Shown one piece after another: positions 12,476 to 22,900 of a stretch of 64,000 nt of DNA (position 1 is its first letter; each line of letters starts with the position of its first letter). The notes under the pieces are model-generated. The model made no database searches. It was not told the origin of the DNA and saw only the letters and a list, made by a program, of their open reading frames with translations. This DNA comes from Curvularia clavata. Lineage: Eukaryota. The position numbers and the translations under genes are program-made. The DNA is taken from NCBI GenBank assembly GCA_023920165.1, contig CP089276.1, forward strand, positions 2,480,001-2,544,000, written 5' to 3'.

Positions 12476-13179
12476 GTAAGTTCTTTTTATAGTTTTATAG
12501 TATTTTTTAATAATTACTAAGATTATCCTCTAGTTTCTATATATTTTCGCTATTATCGTATTCTAACTATTTAACTAGGTACTTGGTTTTGTTGCGCGTA
12601 GTCTAGTGTACTAGAATTTTCTTAACTTCGAATTCGTCTTCTTCTTCTAGTTCGAAATAGAATGTTTTTTATAATAGTATTTTAGGGTCTGCAGATTTTA
12701 GTAACTTAACGTGAAACTTTAGGTGTATTTTCACATCTGGTGGTAGATCGAGTGTATAGATAACTAGTCTATTCTAGGCTTTAATTAAAAATAGCTTAAC
12801 GTAGATATTATCTAATCTCTTATTTAGTTATGTCGTACGAAGGTTCTTTATAAGTAGATATACTTTATCTCTCTTCTTTAGCTAAAGTACTATTTTTCTT
12901 TTCTAGTTAATATATAAGATGCTTTAGCGTTAAGCCTTTTTAAATAATTTTTATAGTTCTTCGTATATTTTTTTTATTTCTTTAGCTATAGCGATGGCTA
13001 CTTCTATTTTCAAACTTGGTAATATTCTAGTAAAGAGATTCGGGTGTTTTCTATAGTTCGTATAAAATAGTGTTTATTTCGTTAATTCTGATAGCTTGTT
13101 ATTATATGCTAGTTATGCTATAGGTAGTAGTTATATCTAATTATTTTGTTAGTAGTTGCTATTAGACTGGTAAATGGGT

Positions 13180-13420
13180 ATGGGGCACCCGGCTCGGGTT
13201 GGGGTAGGGCTTGGGGCTATAGAGACTCGGGCTGGGGTAGGGCTAGGGCTGCTAAGAGTCGGGCTGGGGTAGGGCTGGGGCTGCTAAGAGTCGGGCTGGG
13301 GTAGGGCTGGGGCTGCTAAGAGTCGGGCTGGGGCAGGGCTGGGTTGCTTGGCACTTAGGCTAGGGTAGGGCTAGGTTACTAAAGAGTTGGGTAGAGGTAG
13401 GGCTGGGTATAGCCTGCCCA
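13180..13420 (+). repeat. Left subterminal repeats of the hAT (GGGCTGGGGTAGGGCTGGGGCTGCTAAGAGTC-type units)
   Basis: Directly visible tandem G-rich units; related units in both orientations at 19320-19590. Confidence 0.9.
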
Positions 13421-13536
13421 GCTAGGTTATGAATAACTTTAGGCTAGAAAAGATTCGAATTTATTACAGTTTATTATTACAGTAGCTTTAAAAAAAACTT
13501 TAAGATAAAACCAATAGGATTTATTACAGTTGACTA

Positions 13537-16134
13537 TTACGGTAGCGCGCAGGGCGGACACGCTTTCATAGAGAAAGTGGTAACTTGTCCTCTACCTCAT
13601 CCACTTCCTCTAGAGATTCTTCTATATCCTAACTCTAATACTAACTCCCATACTCCTCTATATCTGCTAGAAGCTTAAATAAATTACTAATATTATTAGA
13701 AAGTTAAGTAGCTTCCTCTATAGGCTCGTCTAAGTCTCTATTAAGACTCTCCATCTTATTAGAATTTATAAATTTAAGAATTATAAGTTATCGAATCTTT
13801 TTAGTAGAAAGCTAATGTCGACGATCACTAATAACTTCCTTAGTAATACTAAAGACTCTCTCTACACCTACTTGTGCAATTGGTATAGCTAGAATATCTT
13901 TTGCAACTTAGATAAGGTGGGGGTACGTAATCTTACTTACTTTCTACTACTCTAAGATATCGATATATTTCTATAGATTAATACTAGGGCTGTTTAGATA
14001 TAGCTCCTTTTTTTAATAGATTGGCCCTCTACTCTCCTCAATTTCCTAGCTTGAAGAATCTTGGCTTAAAAGAGAAATCTAGCTTAATTATAATCGAAGT
14101 AAAATAGGCCTTCGAAACTATTCTATACTTAATACTCTCTAAGGAAATAAGCTTAGTATTAACTATATAATTTCTTAATTATTATATTAAGCTAGATAAT
14201 TAAGAAACTACTGCTGGTAAATATACTTATCTTAAAACTCCTATATCTCATCCTATATCTTTTATTAGTATCTATCTATAATAAATATCTATAATAATAT
14301 CTTGTAGGCTATAAGCTTTTACATTAGATTAAAAATCGTCGTACAGTTGAATAAGAAGCTACACTCTTTATTAGTTTTCGAGTAGTATTTACTCAACTTT
14401 GCCCTCTCTTTCGCCGCCGCAGCTCTCACTACTTATGGCTAGTTGCTATTCTCTAAGTCTTTTCCTAAATCAACCTCTATCTAATTAAGAAAATTAAAAA
14501 GCTAATTATACATAAGCTAGATATATAGTATTTAAAGTTTTCGACTCTAACTTAGAGACATTATTATAGTCTTAAAATAGCTAAGCATTTTAGTAACTAT
14601 CTCAAGATGCGACTATTCTTATGCAGATAGTCGTAGTCTCTTAAGATCCTAAGAATTAATATTAGTATTATTGTCGGCCTCTAAGAGGTTTTTAGTATAG
14701 ATAGGAACTCTTAACGCGATCTCATCTTTAAGCCATTCATCGATATATTGCCGAAACTTAACTGCGCGCTTATATATATTATATGTTGAGTTCTATCGTA
14801 TTCTAACATTACGGATAACACTAAGGCGTTTTTTTAGTAGTAGATCCTGTTGTGTTGCGAGAAACCGTTCGTATCGCTGAGGAGATGAGTTAACTATAAT
14901 GCAGATTGCTCTAATCTATATTGTAGTTAGTATGTGATAAATAACTATAATAAAAAATTCTTCCCTTACGAAATGAATTAGAGACTGAGATGTTGGTATT
15001 TACTTTATTAATCTATTATCTCTACAAATCTTATATATTATCTAACTTGGTAGAAGCTAATAGTTTTAAGTACTAGATAATATTCTAGATAATAAGATTG
15101 ATAATATAGGCTAAGTAGGGAATAGTGTTTTTACTTAGACTCTAGCTTATACTAAGTTATTATAGATCTTGCTAAAGAGACTGCGTAAGAGTGCTATTAT
15201 TGCTGGCATTATCGCAAGTAATGGATAGCAATTTTTTTTAGAATTTACTTCTAGAAAGAAGTTTTAGAACTTTATCTGCTATTAAAGCTCTAGTATATCT
15301 CCTACGGATTGGTATAAAATCTAAAAGCTTTTCTTTAAGTTGCTATTAAATATTAATATAGTAACCTTTGATTATAAAGAAACTAAGATAGTTACTTAAA
15401 GTCTAACTATCTAATATAAGTAATATTTTTATTCCTTGGCTAAGATTATTAAGAAGCTTAGCTGAAGCCTTCTCAAATTATAACTTAAACGCTAGCTTAA
15501 ATTTATAACGGCTAATAATCATAGTATTAGGCTAGAGAAACTAGAGAAATCGTTAAAATAATGGCCGCTCAAGTGTTCGGAAGCTCTAGTAGTTATTAAC
15601 TACTACTCTTACTAGTTCTTGTTTGTATATCTTAGTTAAGTAGGCTAGTATTACGCGAGGATTAATATTTATTAGTAGTAGGATACTTTAGTAGAGTGAG
15701 TTCGATAGCTCGTTGTATATAGACGAAGAGATAAGCTAGTAAGTCTAGGTTTAATAATATCTATAAAGATGCTTTATACTAATATTTCTAGCTAATAGGT
15801 GCGCGAGTATATAACTATAGTTCAAGCAGAAGATATATAAACAGCTAGTTAGGACCTCTACAGCCTCTCTAAAGTTTGCCTAGATTTAGCTCGTACGATA
15901 AGAAGAGCCCCAGTATAGAACTGGCTTCGAAGGATCTCGGGCCTATAGTATTTTATTCCACTACTTTTTCTAGTTTAAAATAATTGCTTTATTTTCTTCA
16001 TTACTATTATTTTTAAATACTAAATACTAGATAAGTGTAAGTATGACTTTAAGACTACCTTTATCTCAATATAGAGCATTTATCTTAAAATGCGCAAGGA
16101 TATCTAGCAATTCTATAGGAGGCTCAGCCATCAT
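13537..16134 (-). pseudogene. hAT transposase, RIP-inactivated
   Basis: KILLILDS*T (first Asp motif), SITCDNASNN, IPYLAYIINL (CxxH after de-RIP), VRIR*NSTY, and dimerisation domain **KVSKITYPHLI*VAKDILAIPIAQVGVERVFS...DRRH*L. Intron at ~14917-14960. Confidence 0.92.
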
Positions 16135-16329
16135 GAAGATTATACCTATAATAAATAATTATAATAAATTAAAGTTACTAGATAGACAAATATTATCTAT
16201 AGAAAACTAGATATGGTAGGAAGTTCTAAGTCCTCTAGCTTCTAGCATAGCTAAGATTGTCTAAAACACTAGTGTTATTTAATATATATCTAAAGTAAGT
16301 TTTATATAAGAGAAAGTTTAGATCAACAC

Positions 16330-17625
16330 AGAGGTTATACTATAATTATTAGCTAGAATAAACCCTAGTATAATATTCTAAACCCTAACTACTAGAGTAT
16401 TGTTAGAGATCTGCTTAAATAGCCAGCACTACTCAGACTTCTCTTCTTTAGCCTTTTCATCTTAATCCTCAGCCTCCTCTATCTCAGTACTATTAGCCCC
16501 TTCTAGAGCTAAAAAGCTATCGTTACTACTATAGCCATCCTTATCCTCGTCTATAATCTTATTCTTATTATTAACCTCTTCTTTACACTTATTACTATTA
16601 TAGCCCTCAATATATAGCTTATTATCCTTAAAACGCGTATCTAGATCAAACTAGTCAAGAATAGAAGTAGGCTCTTCTTGTCTATACTAGTTAGTCTTTA
16701 AATATAATAATAAACTATAATAAACTTACTATTAGAAACTATCTATAGTAAGTTCTTTTTCTTTAGAAGAAAGGTTTTCGTAAAACTTGAGCTACTTATC
16801 TCGTGCTTGCTCACTCTCAAAGATATTGTTGTTTAGCTTAGCTAATCCTTAAAGATATTCTTTGCGTATAAGTAAATCAACAACCCCCTTTTAACTATAG
16901 AGACGAGCAGAAACGCGTAACCCCTTAGTAGAGGTATTAGACAGAGCGTCGCTAGAGGTAGTCTAGAGAATAAGCTAATACTATCTTTTATTGATCTTAT
17001 TCTAGATTTTAGACCATTTCGCGTATATAGCTTGGAGAGCAAACGCTATCTAATTAGCTAATAACTATTAGTAGATATCTATAATAAAAGACTATAATAA
17101 CTTACTACTTCGCTTTTCTTTAAAGCGCTTAGATTTATACTCTTTAAAATAGCTCTTTATAATCCTATCCTTCTTATCCTCTCTGGCGGTCTTATACTAT
17201 TCTTTCTCTTTAAATAACTTAAGAAATTTCGCCCGAGCAGCGCGGTTAGCATCTTTGGCGCGTTGGAGAGCGGCTTCTTCCTTAGTACGTGACGCGGCGA
17301 GATCTCTCTATGCAATAGCTCGAGCTATATTACTAAGCTGACCTTGATATTAGACTTGTAGACTAGTTGGACGACCCTTTTAGGAACCTCTAGATCCACG
17401 TTACGCAATAATAAAATTAATCTTATCTTACTTATTTTCAAAGCCCTACTAACGTTAGTATTTACTATAATAATAGACTAGAATTATTACTTTAGTAAGA
17501 TCTATCTACTTCTACTTAGTAAAGTTCTTAGATATTTAGGCAACGCGTAGAGGTGCTAGACCCTCAGATACGTCGCCATCAGTCTCTGTCGTAGACTCGC
17601 GCTTAATTTCTGGCGTACGCGGCAT
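16330..17625 (-). pseudogene. Second hAT cargo gene, unknown; coiled-coil-like middle and acidic tail; 3' end approximate
   Basis: ATG 17625 MPRTPEIKRESTTETDGDVSEG, then ...RDLAASRTKEEAALQRAKDANRAARAKFLKLF... GTA...TAG introns near 17450-17490, 17055-17105 and 16682-16729. Confidence 0.6.
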
Positions 17626-18541
17626 TATTAACTATAATAAAGTACTAATATAACGTCTAGTATAGTGAGAGTAGGGAGAAAAGGGATAGTTACTAAGAGA
17701 AAGTAGGAAGTTTGGTGATAGTCTACCTATTAAAGTAATTAGAGGTCCGTGCGCTCTAGATTTCGCGCTAGCATTAGGCTAGCGAACAACATCTTTCATA
17801 CAGCTAATATCTTAGATAATAAAAATTAGAGCGCTTTAATTTTAGTCTTATTTAAAAGCCCTAGAGTAGCTCTATCTAACGAGCTAGTTATTATAGTATT
17901 TAATCACTACTTTATTAAGTTATAGCAATTTCTTGCTAACTATCTCGCAGACCCTTAGTAAAACTCTAGGTAATCCATGCACTCACCTTCACCTTCACCT
18001 TCATCTACTCATATATCCCCAAAATTCTTAACTACTCTATAGCTAAGTATTTATCCACTAATCCTCTCAATCCAAATCTAACTTTCCTAGCCTAACACTA
18101 AATTTCTCAACTCAACCCTACTAGTTATTACAGAAATTTATCACGTACTATATTAGCAGTAGACAAGGTAGGGGGGCTAGACGATAAGTTGTTTGAGGAG
18201 ATGGCAGAACAGTTAAATATGCTCCTGTCGCCTAAAAGACAGGTATCTTAGCCGCTGTTACCTCGCGAATTAGAAGCTCTTAAAGACGAATTTAAGGTTT
18301 TAGGAGCTTAGATAACTAGCAATTCTACTTTTTCTACTAAAAGTGGCTAACTAAATCTATAAGTTTATCACAGTAATTTATCATAGAAAATGGCTAATAA
18401 ATACTAGGACTACTATTTATAATTATCCCTTCCCGCCCCATATCTCAACTAGTGGCTATCTTATATCTTTTACATACGTTTATCACAGTAATTTATTACA
18501 AGTAATAGCTAACTAATAGTAGGACTGGCACTATATTCTAT

Positions 18542-19118
18542 AGTGTAGGTGGCAAAACCGCTCATAAGCAGCCAGTCAATTATAGGCCGCCCACGCCTAA
18601 GCCTAACAATAAGAATCAAGAGTTGGAAAGCAGCAAGGAAGACGAGTCCGGCCCTCCTACACCACCCGGTGCTCAACCATCTACGTCTGGCGCCTCTAAG
18701 AGGCGCAGGTTTAAGTCTAGCAATAAATTTATCACAGTTATTTATTATAGCAAGCGACTAATAATTACTAGCTATTACACTAAAAGAGATTAAAAGATTC
18801 TAAAAATCTACTAATCTATTTATTCCAAAAACTCAATTTATAAAACTTATTAGGGAGATTATAGGAGACGTATATCCGCAACACCCTCTACGTATCTAAA
18901 GAGAGACATTAGAAGGTCTTTAAGAGACTGCTAAGTATTTCTTGGTTAAATTTCTTAAAGATATATTATATTATTATAGATATTAATCACAGCTACTAAT
19001 AGATCTAGACTATAACATAAATGCTATCTATACTAAGAGAGTTACTATTCAGAAGAAGGATAGGGATCTTGTCAAGCACTATCTTAACAGACTTGGTATA
19101 GATAGTATTAAGTACTGA
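18542..19118 (+). pseudogene. Histone H3-like gene (tail motif plus histone fold) carried by the hAT; further 5' exons likely from ~17977
   Basis: Spliced translation (introns 18723-18771, 18961-19008): SVGGKTAHKQ...KRRRFKSST ITLKEIKRF*KSTNLFIPKTQFIKLIREIIGDVYPQHPLRI*RETLEGL*ETAKYFLVKFLKD YNINAIYTKRVTIQKKDRDLVK. Colinear with H3 [20 protein letters not shown]...AIHAKRVTI. Confidence 0.9.
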
Positions 19119-19319
19119 GGGCTTTTATAATAGAGTATCAAGTACTAATAGCTTTTATAATTGAGGGATAGCCATAATTAAGAACTAGCTATATACTAGA
19201 AATTAAATAAAAGTTTTATAAGTTCTTAATTTTTAATTTACTACTATAATAATTATGCGTAATAAGTCTTTAATATATACAGAGTATATATATATCTAAT
19301 AACTAAGATCTAGCATAAC

Positions 19320-19590
19320 CTAGTACTAAGCAACCTAGCCCTACCCTAGCCCGCTTATTAAGCAACCCAGCCCTGCCCCTACCCAACTCTTGACTAACCC
19401 AGCCCTGCCCCTACCCAACTTAAATGCCAAGAGTTGGGTAGGAGCAGGGCTAGGTTACCTAATAAGCGGGCTAGGGTAGGGCTGGGTTAGCCAAGAGTTG
19501 GGTAGGGGCAGGGCTGGGTTGCTTAGTCATCTGACCCAGCCCTACCCCTACCCAACTCTTAGCAGCCCTGCCCCAGCCCTGCCCCAGCCC
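19320..19590 (-). repeat. Right subterminal repeats of the hAT
   Basis: CCCAGCCCTGCCCCTACCCAAC units and their reverse complement, same unit family as the left end. Confidence 0.9.
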
Positions 19591-19943
19591 ATTTACCAGT
19601 CTAGTTGCTATACATTCTAAGGTATGTTTTCATTATGCGATTTATTCTTTCTGTTTGTCTGTTGGTTTCTGGGTGGTAAGCTGTAGATAATTTTCTTTTA
19701 GTGCCTATTTCTACTATAAGTGTGGTCTAGAAATTTAATGTGAAAAGCTTATCTCGATTGCTAATGATTGACCTTGGTATTCCGTAATATCTGATGATTT
19801 TGTCGTAGATAACGTGCGTAAGTTGTACTATAGTATAATCTTTTTGGAATAGTATGTATTCGGCGTATTTCGTAAATCTGTCGATAACAACTAGTATTGT
19901 GTTGTAAACTGTGTCGGTGACGAGGTCTATTGATAGTAGTAGT

Positions 19944-22900
19944 TGTAACGGCGCGAGCAAGACTAGTCGAATCGGTTCCGGTGGGAAGTGTCACTCAAAT
20001 GCATATGGAAGTGCGTGGGACAGCAGAAACACCTTGGATTCGGTAGACACTTATAGGCCTGGTACGAAAGGATATCAAAAATCTACCGAATATCTATAGA
20101 AGGTACCTGGTACTTATACCTGGGTGCGGGTCTTCATTAGGTCTAACCCAGCTCTCAATCGGATCTTAATAAGCTGCCCTAGCTGGGGTATATTTTAGTC
20201 TATGTATGGTTACATTACCCCCCCTCCTGGTAGACAGCTAGTCCTATAGCTGTCTATTCCAGTTATCATTCTTCTTCCCTACACTATAGGGTCTCTCGTT
20301 CCTAATTTCCCCTAGATTTTCCCTATACTGCGCCACTCTAGGCAATAGGATGCTCCAGTTCCGGTGTGGCTTCTATAGCCGTGCATGTCCTTCACTTAAG
20401 CCTCTGTGCCTAAGCCTTAGTAACCATTCCAGTACTTATATGGCGCTGCTGCCTTGCTGCCTGGCTGCTAGGCCGTTTACCTTCACCTGCTAGACAGGCC
20501 TGGACGCTTTGATTGGAGCTCCGAGTCGCCGGCGATTCGTTTATAGTCAGGGTCTAACGGCTATCTAGGTCACGTGTGCCAAGACTATTTACTCCCCTAG
20601 TATATATATCAACAATAATATAGTGTCGCCGCCAAATTTTCTCCTCTACGCTTCTTAATCAAAACAAGTCAGTTATAACTCAACGCACTCGTTTTCGCTA
20701 TACCTCTTCGTTGTCCGCCCAGTGCGCTACCAGATGCGTATCGCTTCATCTATCTGCGAGCTGTCCGCGTCTTGGCGCGCCGTTAGTTCGACATTACTTA
20801 CGCCTACCCGTCTAATTCCTCCAAGAAGTGTCTTTATTACACCCAGCAGAAAGAGAAGTGCGATTCTATAAATTTGCTTCTCTTTTCTTTTACTGTTTAT
20901 AGCTTAGCTAACCCAAATAGGTTTCTAAGTACGTCTTCAAGGAGTTTTATAATTTAATTAATATTATTAAATTGTGTGCTATCGCTTAGTATAGCTCTAT
21001 AGTTGATGCTAATATAGAGATATTACTTGATCGAATTACTACCGCCGCTTTAGATATCGCCTGTAAGGTCTAAGTTATTAGGTCCTAGAAGAAAGAGCTT
21101 TTAGTTAATTAGCTCTTTATCGCCCAGAACCAGGTCCTAAGGGATATCTAAGATAGTATCTCAGAGTTAGTCGATATAGTTAATAGTATAGAAAGGCGCC
21201 TTTCGCGTCTTAAGGCTAGGTCGGCTTAGGGTGGCGTTTAGGTCGGCCCTCAGGTCGAGAAATTAGAGGAATAGTCTAGTTTGTCCTCCTCCTCAGAGGA
21301 GGACAAGGGTGCGGTTAACTAGGAGATAGCTAATACTAAGCTAGAGCGCTCTAATATTAAGCTTTAAGTAAGGTGATATTTAAAAGATTTACTAGTAATT
21401 ATAGGGTTTGGGTCTAAGTTTCCTTTATTACTAATATCTAATAAAGTTTCTGTTTTTCCTTTTCCCTAAATTTTATTATTCTGTAGTAAAGTTATATTCT
21501 CTATATCTTATTCCCATGCCATAATCTACTTACTAAGGGAACGTAGGGGTCCCGGTTTAGTAGGATATTATTTATAGAAGAGTTTAAGCTTATATAGGGC
21601 TCCTATAAAGTTTAAAGCTAGATACTAGGTAGAATTCGGGTTATATCCAACCTACTATACTTAGTATTTTAGGTTTGAGCGGTATAACTTACTTACTAGA
21701 ATTTCTTCTACCTCCTATTCTTCTATACTTTAGATAGGAGTTGCTAGAGGCTTTAGAAATTCTTATCCTAAAAAGAAGTTTTAAGAATCCTTATATAATA
21801 GATCTAGGGCGAAGATATTATAGATCTAGGACTTTTTTAGAAGGTCTAAGCGGTATAAATATCCTATCTTCTTAAGTACTCTAAAAGGTCCCTCTTATTT
21901 AGAGAATAACTTCCTACTTAGATAGTCTAACGCGAGGTTCCGGGTACTTAGGAAGACCATATCTTCTATATCCTAGTTAATAGAACGACGATAGCAGTTA
22001 ACTATAGTTTGTATCCTATTCTGAGCTTTCTCTATTTATTCTTTAGCTACCTTCTATACGTTGTATATACGGGTAGCTATTTCTAATGCATCCTTATAGT
22101 TAAGTTTATTAGTAGGGGTGAGAAGGCTAGTAGAATATTTCTAGTCCCAACTCTACCAGAGTTTAGAACTATATAGGATATAGTATAGGGATATACTAAT
22201 AGAAGAATATAGTAGGGAAATTTAAGCACAATTAATCAAAAATAGAAGTCTACTCTAGTTATCTTAGTAGTAAGATACGAATAGGCGCAACTTTTAATTA
22301 ATATACTTATTTATAATCTCTATCTAACTATCTATTTCTTTATAGTAGGCGGTTGATAGCTTAACCTTAACGTCTAGAATTTGGCAGAATTCTGACTAGA
22401 AGCTTAAAATGAACTATAGTTCTTGGTTAGAGACTATAGTTTTAGGTGTGTAGCTAAATCAGTACACCCATTGCATAAATAGGTCGGCCATTCCCTTTAT
22501 ATTAATAGTCTTATAGTAGGGGATAGAGATAGCCTGCTTAGATAACCGGTTGATTACAACTATAATTATATTGTAACTAGATCGGTCTTAAGGAAATTTC
22601 TTAAAGTTAATATATAGGTGCTATATCGGCTAGTTAGAAATTAGTAAAAAATAAATTATCTCTAGAATTCGGGTCTATCTAGAATAGACCTTCCTATAGG
22701 CTATATAATTCCGTATATATTTTTTATAGGTAGATTCCATACCCTTCTAGTAGTACTTCTAGAATAGTAGTTAGTAGGTCTTCTTCATACTAGAGTGCGC
22801 TAAAGATACTTAGTCGTGTACTTCCTAAATAAGACGAGTTATAAAGGTAGAGATAGAAGAAATATATAGGCGGTTGGAATAGAGCAGAAGTCTATTTTTA

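Larger units (their letters stand above)
13163..19603 (-). mobile_element. hAT DNA transposon, 6441 bp, with cargo genes
   Basis: Perfect 16-bp TIR TAGACTGGTAAATGGG / CCCATTTACCAGTCTA and 8-bp TSD GTTGCTAT (13155-13162, 19604-19611). Inserted in the A1 integrase. Confidence 0.96.

Noticed and set aside
13180..13420. G-rich repeats resembling telomeric or standalone G-quadruplex arrays
   Set aside because: No TTAGGG arrays; mirrored at the other hAT end, so explained as subterminal repeats.
18549..18761. ORF-track 70-aa ORF
   Set aside because: Wrong frame; the H3-like tail is in a different frame over the same bases.
19911..20099. Short ORFs sharing DSVDTYRPGTKGYQKSTE (also 31328-31546), superficially like H3 YRPGT/YQKSTE
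   Set aside because: They lie wholly in B LTR sequence, the two motifs are closer together than in H3, and no histone fold follows; treated as coincidence, though a tBLASTn would settle it.
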